A DNA stretch of 64,000 nucleotides from Chrysomallon squamiferum (GCA_012295275.1 CM022667.1:11160001-11224000); one strand, 5' to 3'; positions 1 to 16,673 are shown, counted from the first letter of the stretch. Translations and numbers: made by a program. The notes: a model not told the origin generated them from the sequence alone.

Positions 1-382
1 ATCACTTCACCCTAACCTAACTCCAGTGATTTTTCCTATTCCAGACAACACTCATTGCTGCAAATTGGCCTCGGAGACGAGTAACAAATTGATAAGTTAA
101 TGGAAGTGTCCGCCATGCAAGACATTCGTCCGGACGTATCAATTAGAGAGCGTGATTAGCAGTCTTGAAGAGACTGCTGCATCGTCTGCCTGACGTTGAC
201 AGGCGCATCCTCTCTGCTGGCGACACGAGCACCCACTACTGATCCAGTTGTCTGTTGAGGGTTGCACTGCGTTGTTCAGGTCGCTGCGGAAGCGGCGTAA
301 AGCGTCGTGGGTCGTGGGTTCAGTCCTCGCTGAGGCGGCGAAGTGTGAAGGGGCTGCTGCCGTTTAATGATTACAAGTTTTT

Positions 383-518
383 TGTCTGAAACGCCACTGG
401 TTGCAGACATTGTATGAAAAGCCATCGGTTCCAGCCATTGTCTGAAACGTCATTTGTTGCAGACGTTGTCTGAAACACCACTGGTTCTAGCCATTGTCTG
501 AAACGCCACTGGTTTCAG
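383..518. repeat. 28-bp minisatellite, about 4.9 copies (TGTCTGAAACGCCACTGGTTGCAGACAT)
   Basis: Units start at 383, 411, 439, 467 and 495, each beginning TGT(C/A)TGAAA. Confidence 0.9.
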
Positions 519-1823
519 GATCAGTTCTGGCTGACGCGTTTAGGATCGGGTTATTGTTTAATGATTAAAATGGTTGTCTGGCCATTTCTTCACGAGAGCG
601 GTTGAGGATCAGTCCTTTGTTGTGCTTTCGCTTTGTTATTTTTTCCCATTCCAACCAATTCTTAGTGACTATATATTGAAAAGCTGATGTTCTCTACTAA
701 CCAAAGGAAGGTGTAAATTGAAAACAGTTGTTGCTGAGTAATTAATGAATCACTGGAGCGGAGACATCGGTTTTCATCCCTCAGATATTATTAGTATTAT
801 TATTATTTATAAAGATTATTTTAATCACCCATAAACTGTTAACATAACAATGTGATATACAAATATATCTTTATTCGTTCATTTGGAAGAATAGTTACAA
901 CAACAACAACAACAACAACAACAATAATATCTAATAATAATTGTGATGGTAGTCCTCTTGCTCTTAATGTTATTTCCTAAAATGGCAATGTTACGCCAAC
1001 CAAAGCAATGGCTATGATAATAAATAAGGAAATGAACTGAAGTTAAACGATAAAACACATTTCGACAGCAGTTTATTATTAATATATTAATTGTCTGGAA
1101 ACCTCTTTAATGGTTTAATAACGTAAAATTAATGACTTTCTTTGTTAAACTTTTAAAAAACCTTCATACATATTTACAATCAATTTCATAAGGCTAGTGG
1201 TAATATTCACAAAAGCAAAACGTGAATCTGCTTAACAGAAAACTGCAACTTACGCAACACGAAAAAGCAATAAAATATCATTGAGTATGGACGTTATTTT
1301 TCAATAAAAAAAAAGTATCTTAGGCAAAGTTAAAAGACACTTCGGCATCCCCCGCCGTCATGCGACAAAGCTTATTTTTTTGTCTGTGAATTGACGACGT
1401 GAAAATTCTCACATAGGTTAATGCGTTTAATTTTAGCCTATTATTGCGAAGAAGGCAGATGGCACAAGACTTTCGGTAACTCAAGTAACAGAAATGATTA
1501 ACCACATTGACAAAACGCTAAGGCGAGCGCAGATGAAGCGAATTACGTATGCACAGTTAGGGCCGCGTTCTGTGTTACTTTCCACCGCTGAATTAGGAGA
1601 ATGCAGTTCCGGTAAAATTATTTTAGGTTCACGGAACGCATTTGGTAAATGAAGCCTATGGAAGTGAAAGAAAAGACTGCGGAACCTGTGTTGCATATAA
1701 GGAGAGGTTGGGGGGGGGGGTTGGGTGTTAAAATCGTGGTTTTCATCTTGATGTTTTTTGTTTCTGATTTTTCTTCTTCCCTCATTTTATTTTATTTTTC
1801 TCTTTCTATATTATTACAATATT

Positions 1824-1915
<92 letters not shown>

Positions 1916-2470
1916 TCCTTCTAACGTTCTCTTCTGCTTCCTTTTTCTTATTTTAATCTTTATTTTGTTATTTATTTTACTTTATTTTTCTTTTTTATTT
2001 CTTATGTTTTTTTTTTTTTATTTTGTTTCGTTTCATTTTTTGTTTCATATTTTCATTTTACTTTTATCTTTTTTTTCTTTTCTTTTTTCTTTCTTACTTT
2101 TTTTCTCATTCATCAGCCATCTTATCAATACAAAACAAGTTTTAGCCATTAATATTAACTAAACTTAAAAAATTTAAAACTAAAAAAGGTTCCAGTAATA
2201 AAAATGACTCTAATTTTAGAAGACAATTATTTTTAGAAGAAACAAAAAATAAAAATAATCGTGAATCTTAACGGCAAGCAAACCGATTTTTTCGACAAAT
2301 CAATATATTTAATTTTTTTAAAATTTTTATTCCACTAATAGTAATGGATCTTTTCTAAGCATATTCTCATAATTAGAAAATTATATACCTGTAGCATGTT
2401 TGATTAAGCAGTCACCCAGTACAGATTTTGACAGGAAGCAGTCAGTGCGCACGCACATAAAGATTAATAA

Positions 2471-2509
<39 letters not shown>

Positions 2510-2998
2510 AACCAGAACATTTCACAATCTTTTGACCACAACTGTTGTCATACAGCCAGCTCCATTCTAGACAACTTCGTACAAGCTAGACAAGAAAATT
2601 ATGAAACAAAATATAACTGAAATATACTCCTAGGTTTAACAACTTCTGGCAGAAGCGAGTAAGAAAATTGTTCATAAAATGTCGTCTGTATTTCAACAAC
2701 CTTTATTACGGAGATGTGATATAGCTGTCTGGGAGTTGTCTGCCTGCACCTACGTTATAGCAGATCTCATAGAAGTCATGTGTCATTCGGACGACTTACA
2801 GATAGACGGACGTGAAAAATTAGCAGACGAGGATGTGTCATAGGCTAATCTCTTAATTTAATTGGAAGCGGTTCTTAAAGGCAAGATATCGGCCACTCTG
2901 CTGTATTTCTAACATTTGTGATGTTTTGGGGGATATCTGAAATGGTTGTTATTCAAGTAATTAATAAGGTATATATGTGTGAATATCTGTGAATGTAC

Positions 2999-3202
<204 letters not shown>

Positions 3203-3823
3203 TTAGAAAGATAATATAAATAGAAAATGTTATATAAAACCAGCACACACAGACAGACCTATATACACCGAGCACACTCATGTGCACAGTATAATAAGAA
3301 AACATTCTTACCTGCATCTGGTATAGGTAGTATTTACTGCATGGCTATTTCAAATCCATCTTTCATTCTTGACGGCACATTACTGAATACTCCGGTTCTA
3401 ACATTTTTAATCGATTTAAAATAATTAATTTATTATACGTTTTGACAAAATCGTTATTTTAATCCTGGATGTACACAAGGAAAAAACAGTTTAATTAAAA
3501 GGAAACGTATGATAATATTTAATGAAACAATCAATGTTTTTGTTTAAAGGTTTCTTTTTTGTTTCTTCGACATCTTTTTTTTTTTTTTTTAATTATTCCA
3601 GTTTTAAATTTGCTCTTATAGTTAGTTCTATCGGATATTTAATTCAGTAAATACTAAACTTGTTTAATTTTATTGTTTTCTTTGTGCTTTGGTCTTTTTT
3701 TTTTTTTTAATGTTTCGATGGTGTGTTATTGTTTTTGTTTTTCTTTGAGGGGGGAGAGTTTTTCTTTGTTCTTTTCTTAATACTTCGTTTCTTCTTTTCT
3801 TTATGTATGTGTTTGTGTATGTA

Positions 3824-3854
<31 letters not shown>

Positions 3855-4246
3855 GTGTGTATGTATGTATGTATATATATTTTTTCTTTCTTTCTTTTTG
3901 TGTACTTGTGTATGTTGCCGTGTGTTGTAGTTGTCACCTTGAAAAAAACTTTAATCGTTTTCTAATAATGTTCTACAAGATAATTAGTGATAATTTGACA
4001 CGAAAGTCTGAACACATTACGAAATGTACTTGACCTTTCTTGACTATTAATTATCGATGTCCGATAGAGTAACAACAAAGAAACGAGATACGTATGAATA
4101 AGTGCACGAACATTTGCACGTATATGATTTGTATGATGAAAAATCTATATGGCAAGTAACCTAATTTATATGTCCATCTAACGTAACAGGACAGTGCATA
4201 CCATAGCCTTTGATAAAGTCTTCAGCCGTATGGAAAGGAAATATCG

Positions 4247-4342
<96 letters not shown>

Positions 4343-4962
4343 TAGACAGATAGATATATAGAGAGACAGAGAGACAGACAGATTGACAGACAGAGAGACA
4401 TATGTCACAAATTCTCTTCACATATAAATGGTTAACAAGGCGGTTAATACACATGGGATTTTTCACAGTAATCAGAACTGGGCGTATGATGACACCTACC
4501 CACGAAATGAGTCTGACGTCTGGATTACAGCAAATCTTTTGAGAAGAGATACGCTTTTAATTAGAGTGTCATGTTTCGCAGTACTTCGATAGAACCCTGC
4601 AATGAGTCCTTCTGTAGGGCGGGCGCTTTTCATTTGTGAGCGTGTGCGTGCATGCGTGCGTGTGTGTGTTTGTGTGTATGTGTTTGTGTGTGTGTGCGCG
4701 CGCGCGGACGTATGCAGCGCAGTTTATATAAGCCTCCTTCCATAGTTAACAAAATTTAGTTAATGGAAGTGTATACTTTGTATCTATCTATCCGTTTACT
4801 TTAATATGTCTGTATGTCTGTGTATTTATATATCTCTCTATCTGTCTATCTATCTATATATTTATCTGTCTTTCTATATCTATATATATTTAACTGTTCG
4901 TGTGTTTGTCTGTTTGTCTGTTTATCTATCTGTCTCTATGTCTACATATCTATATATCTATA

Positions 4963-5000
<38 letters not shown>

Positions 5001-5712
5001 TTATTTATTTATTTATTTATTTATTTATCTGTTTTTCTGTCTGCCTCTTTCTCTGTCTGTCTCTTTCTCTCTCTGACTGTTTACGCTGAATGTATTTCTA
5101 CGCGTCTATCTGCATCTGCGCTTCTGCTTGAACAGTTTTAATCTAGTTCAACAGCTCTTCACCAGGTTTCAGCCAGTCTGCGGAGTTTGAAGTACAAACA
5201 CACCTCTTTCACGCGAAACCCTTTCATCTGGCTTTCACTGTATGCTCGGTTAGACATACCCAATCTTTAACTGGATAAGTTTTTTTTTTTTTTTTAAATA
5301 TATGTTTAATAAAAAATAAAAAACCACAAAGCGACATCATATATATCTCTATATACACTTATGTCCTGCTTCGTTTGACGACTCTATACGTTCAGCCAGA
5401 CGTGTTTTTGAGAAAAGGGACGATTAATCAGAAACTGTTGAAAATGAAGAGAAAAGGACACAGTCGATATCGTTGTCTGACGCTGAGATCAAAGTATGAA
5501 AATGTTTGTTCGCGGCATGATTTACATCACGGTTTTATACGTAGTCAAAATTAAATCCCTTAATGAAAGATTTTTTTTTTAAATAATTTTAAAATATATA
5601 TTTTTTTTGGTAAAACCGCAAAGAAAACATTGACATTTTCATCACACTATTAAATGAACTTATTGTAGATTTTATGATTGATAGCTCTTTTTGTTTGCTT
5701 GTTATCTTTTTA

Positions 5713-5759
<47 letters not shown>

Positions 5760-5821
5760 ATTTACTTTTACGTGTAATTAAATACACTCCTTTTCTAAAT
5801 TTTATTTTTTTATTTAATATT

Positions 5822-5879
<58 letters not shown>

Positions 5880-5884
5880 GCATT

Positions 5885-5915
<31 letters not shown>

Positions 5916-6962
5916 TTATTATTATTATTGTTATTATTATTAAACGTCTAGTATATTTATGTCCATTTGACTTATTAAGTAATCAACTGGTTGTGTTGTG
6001 ACATAGGAATATTTTGACTTACGTAGTGTTTCGCAGTTATGTATGTACACGAAGATACAAACACATTAAGCACATGACATACCACATACAATCATGTTTT
6101 CCTCACATCATATTTATATAAAATGTTTAAAAATGAAATACTTATTTACAAATCAATAATTGCTATTTTCAAATCAAAGTAAACTTCTGTATCTCTAAAC
6201 TCCATTATCTTTTTTTTTTTTTAATTATTATTTTTGTTTATTTATTATTTTCTCTTAAGAAACAGGCAACTAAACAAAATCCAGTTCATTCCACCGTCTT
6301 TATTCTTCCTACGTAAAATGACTGAGTTGACCTTCTTACCTTAATCCATCGTTAATACTGAATGAACTACAGAAATAATATTATTCGACGTAATTCACCG
6401 AACGCAAGTATTAAGCATGATTCGTAATTACCTGCTTTTCTATCGACGTCACCGAAAAAATAAAAATTAAATAAAAATTAACATCAAAATTAACGATATG
6501 CAATACTTTTTCGACGTTTTTGTTAGTTTTATGTTCTTAAGAACAGATTGTGAACATGTTTTCTCGAATATAATAAATATAAAAAAAATATATAAAAATA
6601 AAGAAAAATATAAAAGTTAGTCGTGGATTTCCGTGATTGATTGACTGTCGGGTTTTAACTAGAGAAACATATTGTTAGAGAAACAGTTTACAGAATCATA
6701 TTGTCATCTGCAACTCAAAGACGAAAATCTAAGGATTATCTCTCTTTATTATAAGGGGATAACAATGTAACAGCAACAGCAACGATGATGATGATGATGA
6801 TGATGATGAAAGTAATGATCATGGAGTTGACGGTGTTGAGGATTATTATTATAATGTTATATTAGTGTTTAGAAAAGTAAGAAAAGTTAAGGACATGCTG
6901 ATAATGAATTGCTTTCAGAAAAAAAGATTTATAGTTAGTTGTGTCAGTACAAGTTTGAAAGT

Positions 6963-7050
<88 letters not shown>

Positions 7051-8016
7051 CAGACAGACTCATAGACAGATACGAACATTAATAAATAAGTGAATGAATG
7101 AATGAATGAATGAATGAATGAATGAATAAATAAATATATAAATGAGCAAACAAACAAACAAACAAATAAACAGAGTAATGAACATGCTTAAAGAAGCGAC
7201 TCACTTACAGACTGACTGAATTAACAAACGTAATGAACAAATTAATAAACAAACAAACAAACAAACAAACAAACAAACGAACAAAAGTATTACAAATAAT
7301 TATCAATCTTTAATCCGTCACCTTCAGTTTGACACTGAACATCTAACCACGGACGATTGTCAGCTGACTGTTACGACAACGACGTCATCGTAGTTGTTGG
7401 ACGACAGCAGCAAGAGACCCGTTAATAAGCACCACGAAGCTTTTTCGCGGGAAAGTGACGCTATCGCCCTGCGAATTATTGTCTTGTTGGCTTCGTCGAT
7501 TAGCGCCCAGTGCCTATCTCCAATAGATCGATGCGTCGACCGTATTGGCACAACGCGAATGTCCGCGACTGTCAATCAAATCTCGAATCCGCAGTAACAG
7601 AACTTCCGCACCGAAGGAAACCCACTCGATGTGACTCTGTCCCCCTTTTTAAGTAGATACACAACTACGTAACTTCTGCAACCATTTTGTTTTTTTCTTT
7701 TTAAATACTCCCTTTTTATTATTAGTTTATTTTTAACCCCCATTTATTTTATTTTTATTCTTTATTAATTTTATTTTTTTTTAAAATTTCTTTTCTCTTT
7801 TCACCAAGACGAAATGTTTTTTTTTTGGACTTGTATCGCGTAATGGATATTAACTGCGCGATAACATACAACGTGGTTTTTTGCTGGTGCTTTTTCCTTT
7901 TTGGTGTGAGTTGAAAGTGCTACTACGAACGAGCAGCGGAAGTATGAAAAAAGATGAAGCGTGTTACGGACTATACCGGTCTAAAGTTGTGTCAGTGATT
8001 ATGTAATTCGTTTGAG

Positions 8017-8071
8017 ATGAATTTCAGGAATACTGTTTTTGTGTTGTTCTTCTCTGAATATATTGTGAAAG
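8017..8071 (+). CDS. Probable exon 1 (signal peptide MNFRNTVFVLFFSEYIVK-G) of the nAChR-like gene
   Basis: ATG, a hydrophobic core, then a perfect G|GTAAGT donor. The 55 coding nt end in phase 1 and join in frame to the phase-1 acceptor at 40359 (G+GT=Gly). No in-frame ATG lies just upstream of exon 2. The link across 32 kb is inferred. Confidence 0.6.
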
Positions 8072-10746
8072 GTAAGTAAAATGTTATAAATCGTTTTGTT
8101 TCCTTTTTCATGACCGAAAGTGATGTTAAAATATTTGTATAGTTTTATTTATTAATATATGCATTAGAAATTTGAATTTATTTTTATAAACCGCTTGTAA
8201 AATATACGTATATATATATGAATATATTAATAGTTATGTATGTGTATTTATTATTTACATTTTGCCTTTACTTAGGTGTGTACTAGATACATAGTTACAT
8301 CCAACCATTAACCTATTCATCCGTCCATATAAACATACATACGAACGTACCTACATACCTATAAACCCACACCTAACGCTTGTTTACATTCAAGTGTACG
8401 AATATCCACACATAAACTTATATATATATATATATATATACATACATGAATGTTAAATCTCTTATAAATAAACATATTATCAAAACTCTACTTTGGACAC
8501 AGTTTTCATCAGAAAAGACCCCAGGCTTCAGAAATATTATAAATCGTTGTCCAGTGAGAGTTTTTACAGAGATGATTCTACTTTTTGTTTTTCATTAATT
8601 ATCTCTGATCATTTCCACAGTTTTGTGTCTGTCTCTCTCTTCATTAACTCAACACTGTCTAATTTATCTTTACAGTGAACTAAAATGAGACTTATCTGTC
8701 TTACGTACAATGGTGATCGTTTCGTTATATTTCAAGTGTCGAAAAGACTTTTTTCAGATTAGGTCGTGGTTTTCCGAAATGTTAAAGCCGAAGGATCAAT
8801 CCTTCAGCTTGCCCCTGTTGATCTTTTCCCCCTATTCCAGCAAATTCAAAAGCAAAGGTATTTGGTTTTGTTTAATTTTAGAAAATATCGTGTAAAATTA
8901 TCTTCGTTGGTAATCTAGTTTGTAGCAAATCGACTGTCTGAATTAGGTTTCGACTCAGATAAATAATCATTATTACGCAGAACCATACAGACTATTTTTA
9001 ATAAGAGTTAGAAACAAAATGTTATTGTCGTGTTGTTAAAAACGTATTTATTTTCTTTCTATAAGAATGAGAATTAATACTTAATAATATGAATGACAAC
9101 TAATATCTTTTCATAGAAAATATATATTGGAAAATTTGTTAAAAGTTTTTATTTTTTTTTTTTTTTTTTTTTTTAAATTTATTACAACTGCTTAATATTC
9201 TAAAAGTACAGAAATGAAATAAAGAGAGAGAGAAAAAAAAAAAATACGAAAATTAAAAGTGCCGCCAGATTTGGAAACGACGCCATTAGCAGACGTGTCA
9301 TGTCTTTACAAAACAATCCACTCGTCTGCTTTTTCTTTCTTTTTCTCCGTTGATTTTAACAAACAGAAAAGATTGCTGGGTGTGCGCGTGGGTTTTATAA
9401 GACGAAAACACGGATATGTGTACGCTCGTGCTAGCCTTACATTAGGAAATATAACGTACCAGCAAAAAACTATTTCTATTACCTTTTGTCGCGCCGCTGA
9501 AATAAAGTTATTTGGGATGAAATTCACAGTCAATGGAACTGAGGTTGAGTGTGCCATTTTCGTTTTTTTTTATTTCAGTGTTTTCTTTAATTTACACAAA
9601 TCTTTGTTGCTGCCTAGAGTTATTGAATTATTTGCAATCACTAATTTCATACTACTACTATTATTGCTGCTGCTACTACTACTACTACTATTACTACTGC
9701 AATCCTTCTGTTACTACTGTTTCTATTGCTACTACAAATCTACTACTACTACTACTACTACTATTTCTGTTATAACTACTTTTACTGCTACAACAACAAC
9801 TACTACTGCTACTGCTACCTCTAGTATTATTACTACTACCTCTAATACTGCTTCTTCAAAAACTAAAACTACTACTACTATTACTACTACTACTACTAAT
9901 AAAAGTGATAATAAAATAATGATAGTGTCTTTTTTTTTTTTTTTTTGATTCAAAATCTTATAATTAATTGCATACACAACTTGAGATGGAACGCGAAATT
10001 ATTTTTCATTTTTTAACAAAAATTTCCAGTTTTCTATGACATTAATTTGACGGAATTGCAAGCTAATTTAATCATCATCATTATTATCATCCTTTATCGG
10101 TCATCATCATTTTTTTAGGTACAAAATCAATTGCAAATATTTTTGTCGCTACTTTTTTTTTTTTTTTTTTTTTTTCTTGTTATATTAAATTTTATTCTTT
10201 ATTATTTATTTATTTGTTTGTTGTTTTGTTTTGTTTTGTTTGTCTTTTCAACTTTATTTGTTTTTTGTTGTTTGGTTGTTGTTGGTGTTTGTTTTTTTTT
10301 TTTTTTTTTTTTCAGAGGGGTGAGGGGGTTCCGTTCTCTTTCTTTCCTCATAATGAATCTTCATCGTTATTTTTTTCTTATTTTTTCTTTTCTTGTTCTT
10401 TTCTTTATAATACCCATTGACTAAACTGAATTGAGGACATCCTACTTTACCATAAAAACTCCATTAGAGGGGGAAAAAAATCGTAAATACTTTCTTTACA
10501 TGAATGTAAAATCGACTCAAATACAAATTATATCTAACGTTATATCATTATATGCATCAATATTTTATGAGTTTTATGACCACAAGTAGTGACGCATCGC
10601 TGTTATCATCTATCATCTTTACTATTACCATACAACATATTACCATGGTTACATTTTTATAGTTTTGGAGATTGTACGCCAGTTATGTTTGAAACTGAAA
10701 AAAGCTTTGTTTACTTTTCTTTTTTATTTATTTTTTATTATTATTA

Positions 10747-10835
<89 letters not shown>

Positions 10836-11198
10836 TTATATTGTTATCATTATCATTATTATTGTTATAACTTTTGTTGTTGTTATGGTTTTGTTTCTTT
10901 TAATGATGTTATCTTTTTTTTTTTATACTACTATAGTTCCTGTTTTCTTTATCATCATCATTATTTATTATTATTATAATTTTTTTCTTCTGCTGCTGTT
11001 ATTGTTAAGTATGTTCTTTAACAGCCGTTTTTGAACTGATTGATCTGTAAACACTGATGTCAAGTTTTCATGTATGAAAACTGAAAAGACATGAATAAAG
11101 AATGACGCAATATCGTAAAATATCTAATCTATGTGATGGTATGAAATTGCGTAGCGAAAAAAACACTCACTTGGTCTGCTGATTCTATGAAAATAAAT

Positions 11199-11343
<145 letters not shown>

Positions 11344-11584
11344 TTATATATCTGTCTGTGTATATATGTCTGTCTAACTGTCTAAGACAGATATATGCAT
11401 ATATGTATGTATGTTATATATATGTGTGTGTGAGTGTGTGTGTGCGTGTGTGTTTAAGTATATATGTGTGTATAGATAGATAAATGCATACATACATACA
11501 TACATATCTATATATCTGTTTCTGTCTGTCTCTCTCTCTCTCTCTGTTTATGTGTATGTGTATTAGAGTCCGTTTATGTGTGAA

Positions 11585-11640
<56 letters not shown>

Positions 11641-12581
11641 TACATACATATAAACACACGTTTATCTCATTCTCTCTCTCTCTCACAAACACACACAAAG
11701 CCATACAAACTCACGCACTCACATTAAAAGGACAAAAAGTTCCCAACATTAAACATATTCACGAAAAAAAAAAAAAAAAAAAAAAAAAGAAGAACAAGAA
11801 GAACAATAAAAAAAAAAAAAAAAGGGTAACGGGGATCTCGATTGAAAATCTCGTCTCTTTATTCCTTCGTCATCAGTCTTAATCGTCGAGCCATTAATTG
11901 TCAGGAAAACAACTGCAAGCCAGCTCCTTTCTCGTTTACGTCTGCCTCCGAGTGGGATGTGCAATTACACTTCTATTGCATTTGCTGCTGAATATACGCT
12001 TTTGTAATAATCCCATCTATTCATGCAGCTCATAACGGAAAAAAAATCGAGCCATATTTATGCCGTGTTAGAAATCGAACAAATTCTGTTGGACGGCTGT
12101 TGAAAAGATGATTAGTTTGTCAATATGCAAGCGTGTGCAGTGTATTACTGGATTAGATCGGGTTTCTTGTTGTTGCACACGCTTCTGAGGTTAATGCTGC
12201 ACGATATGGAATTTATGAAAAGAAGCTGAAAAATGGTTTTATTTCTCTCTTTTTTGTCCGTGAATGTCGTTATGCAATTGGGAGAAATGCAGTTTTGTTG
12301 TTGTTCGTGTGGTTAGCAGTGATACGGTTGTTGTTACTGATGACGTTAATTTGTTTATTTTAGTTTTTTATTTATATTTATTTATTTATTTATTTATTTA
12401 TTTTATATTTATTTTATATTTATTTTTTTAATTTTATATTTATTTATTTAATTGTTGTTGTTATTATTACTTCACTTTTGTATGGTGTTGCTGTTTTAGC
12501 CTTTATATTATTGCTATCGTAATCATCATCATCATTATTATCATCTTTCTTTCTCCCTCTCTCCTTCTCGTTCTCCCTCTC

Positions 12582-12616
<35 letters not shown>

Positions 12617-13111
12617 GTCTGTCTGTCTGTGTGTCTCTCTCTCTCTCTCTCTCTTTCTCCTTTTTTCTCTACCTTGTTTCGGCACTCTTTGTCTTTCTTT
12701 CTTTCATTCTTTCTCTAACTCTAACCAATATTTCCCCTCTTCTTTCTCTTCTGAACATACATACATCTCACGTATTAACCACTTTGATTTTGTTTACAAG
12801 GTCATAACACATATGACGTAATGTGCATGTAGCGTCAAATCAGGAGGAAATAATATTCTAACAAATTAACGTTTCCTCATCATCAGTGAGCGAAAGCGTG
12901 ACATAACATCGCTTAGAGAAACAGAGGCGAACAAAGCAGACATAGAAGTCTCATACAAATGGTAATTTAGACTAGTGATTGTGTGTCATGATAAATCTGC
13001 TTTACAATACAACTGTGTTACCTCTTGGGGTTCGAAAGTTAATAATGACAGGCATGCGTATTGTAGATAGTATTTAGTCTTTTTCTGTGGTTTCTTCTGA
13101 TATATCTTCCA

Positions 13112-13203
<92 letters not shown>

Positions 13204-13385
13204 AACATTATAGCATATGACGTACCTTACATCATTATATGTAATTATCTTTTCTTTATTACTATGCAAAGAGTAGTGATATATAGTTCAATATATAGAT
13301 AGACAGATCGATCGATCGATCGATCGATAGATAGATAGATATGTATGTATTTATCTATCTATATCACATATGCACATATGTTTAT

Positions 13386-13432
<47 letters not shown>

Positions 13433-13787
13433 ACATTACATACATCCATATAATCTTTTTGTCTTTCTGTTTATATATAGACAGACAGACAGACATACAG
13501 AGATACAAGCATATACACGCGTGTTGTATTATACATACAGGTATTTTTTGTTGACTACCAGAAGACTCCGTCAATATCTCATAAAACGCGTTTTAAACGG
13601 GTTTCATAATACAGAGCTTATCAGTTTACGCTAAATTTAATAATGAGAGAAGATTATTACTTTTCTTGTAATTAGTATTTTCAAGGCTGTGTTGTGAAAT
13701 GCAAAAATGTGCTGACACAGAAATGCGGATGATTTTGTTGTTGTTGTTATTGTTGTTTTTCTTCTGCGTCTACTTCTTCGTCAATTT

Positions 13788-13818
<31 letters not shown>

Positions 13819-16224
13819 TTATTATTATTACGTCTACCACCACTAACATAACCGCCTCCACCACCACCATCACCGCTATTACTATTACGACTACAGATAC
13901 TGCTACTACTAATACTATTTTTGTTTCTCTTTTTTTGTAATTTAGTTAATTTTTATTTCATCATCATCATCATTATCATCATTCTGGTTGTCATTTTTAT
14001 CATCATCGTCATCATCATCATCATCATCATCATTATTATTACTGTGTTGTTGTTGTTGTTGCTGCTGCTGTTGTTGTTTTCATGACTATGGCCATTATCA
14101 CACCATCATCAACACATGATAGCGACAATTCACAACATCGTTGTTGTTTTTTTTTTTTCTTTTTTTCTGTAACTCTAATTTTTACACACAATTCAACTGA
14201 CAACGTCTTCAATGACCATCCTTCATCGTCGACGGCACACAAACTATGATCAACGTCCTAATGTGTTAAAATTATTATTCTGCGTCATGCTGCCGAGGTT
14301 TAAATCAGGGTCTCACGTGAAACTCGTGCAATCATTACTCTTTGAAGATTGATGACGCGTCAGAAGTCGAAATCGTGTGGGCCATGACGGACAAAATCGT
14401 GAAAGATTTCCCAGTTGTTGCGTTAAAACGAAAGTCTTCGTGGTCCATTGCACGGCAATCCCATATTCATCACTGTGATAAAAATTTAAAAAAATAAAAT
14501 AAAATAAAATAAATTAAAATAAAATGAAAAAAAAAAAAAAAAAAAAAAAACATATTGAATGAATTCGTGATCCCATTTTCACGCAAAATTTGAAAAAAAA
14601 AAAAAAAGACTCCGTTTTCGATTAAATATTATTCAAAAGTTTTAAGCTTTGGTAGCCATCTCCCTTCTGACTTTGCCAGTAATGACGAAGAATTTTTTTT
14701 TTTTTTTTTATTTTTTTATTTTTTTACGAAATTGTATTCAGTTATTCATTTGTTATAAAACGGAGGAATTCCGATAAGCTTAATTTTAATGTTAAAAAAT
14801 TTGATTTTTTTCTGTTTTTTTTTTTTTTTTTTTTTTTTTTTGAAAAATGAGATAAATTTAGAATTTGCTAAAAAAATAAAATATGAATCCATCCAACAAC
14901 CATTTGTTCCTAAGTCTGGTCTGGGCACAAACAATAGAACGTAAGCTTCTCCCTGAGTGCAGAAAGGTTTTTATTGGGAAAATAATAAAATAACGTAAAA
15001 CTGCTGTCTCTGATAATAACAGTTCTTTGAAGGTCAAACCAGCTGTGGTGACCTTAATGTTCGTATTTACTGGAAAGATTATGCAATCTGTAACTAACTC
15101 TTTAACATGTTAATATTATCTCTGAAAACATCTCCCCTAGTCAGAGCCCATGAATAAGTGCGTGTAGTCATGATTTAAAATAATCCGTGAAGGTCTGACC
15201 TTGAGAGATGTCGCAGTGTGTCTCTGTGTGTGTCTCTTTCTCTCTCTGTCTTTTTCTCTTCAAGCAATTCTTTTAAGATTTATAAATTCTTTAATCGTCT
15301 TTGTTCTATAATTGTTTATCATTATATAGATCATCGTTATCATAATCATCATCATCAACATCAGCAGCAGCAACAACAACATCGTCATCATCATCATAAT
15401 TATGTGCTTTCTCTTTTCGGTTTGTTTGGTTTATTATTATTATTGTCAGTGTCATTTTAATATTTACTCAAATGTAAGTAAATGAATGAATGAATGAGGA
15501 AAATAAATGTATTAATTACGAAAAAGAGAACAATTCGCTAATTTAAATGCCTAAACGAGAACTGTTTAAAGACCTAAGATTTAAACTGTAAAAACAAGAA
15601 AACGATAAACTAAAAAAAAAAAAAAAAAGAAGAAGAAAAAAACCAAAAATCCAGCAAAGAACACACACAAACAACATGATATTAAATAAATTCAAGAAAT
15701 ATTGATCTGATCACAACTAATAAAAATTAAAAAAATTAAAATAAAATTCATAATTTCTTTTCGAACTGTTTTCCTTTCGCTTGGTCAGTTTCGATACATC
15801 TGCGAAAAAAAAAAAGTATCGTCAAGATAATTGTGAAGTCAGCATTTCCTGAAACATCTTTTTGTCTCAGCGACAATAAATAAATACATTTCATATAATC
15901 AAATCCATAAATAACAAAAACTATACCCGAAAGACATTAGATAGCAGTATGACATGAAAAGATGTGAATATATCGCTGTTACGTTATCTGTGCCATACAT
16001 AAACATATCTGAGTTTTATTATTATTATTTTTCTTTTTTGCATCTAACCACGTTAGAGAACATCATTATGAATAATTTACAACAAATATTGTTTGTTTTA
16101 TTTTTGTTTAGGTATTCCTGTAGAAAGATATATAATGACTGTTAAAGTGTGTCTCTTTTTCTCTGTGGTTCTGTATGTGTTTGTATGTATGTATGTCTCT
16201 CTCTGTCTATAATTTATCTATGCT

Positions 16225-16301
<77 letters not shown>

Positions 16302-16568
16302 ATACACACAAAAACACACACACATGCGCACACACACACACTCACACATGTTAGATTTATGTGTGCCTATATGTTGTGTGTGTGTGTATGTATGTATAGA
16401 TAAAAGATAGAGAGAAAAAGAAATAGACTTACAGACAGACAGACAGACATAAAGAGAGACATGCAGCCAGACAGAGATAGGTGGATACAAACAAAAAAGT
16501 GATAGAGAGAGAAAAGAAGCGATGACAAAGGAAGTTACAAATATATTATTCATCTATCTATCTATCTA

Positions 16569-16638
<70 letters not shown>

Positions 16639-16641
16639 CAC

Positions 16642-16673
<32 letters not shown>

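Noticed and set aside
45-100. Possible terminal exon after TTCCTATTCCAG
   Set aside because: Too short, with no recognisable product, and any upstream context is outside the window.
383-518. CRISPR-like appearance of the 28-bp repeats
   Set aside because: Head-to-tail repeats without spacers, eukaryotic context and no cas genes.
9259-9948. 229-aa ORF with poly-L and poly-T, superficially mucin-like
   Set aside because: Non-ATG start and extended by (CTA)n repeats. No recognisable domain.
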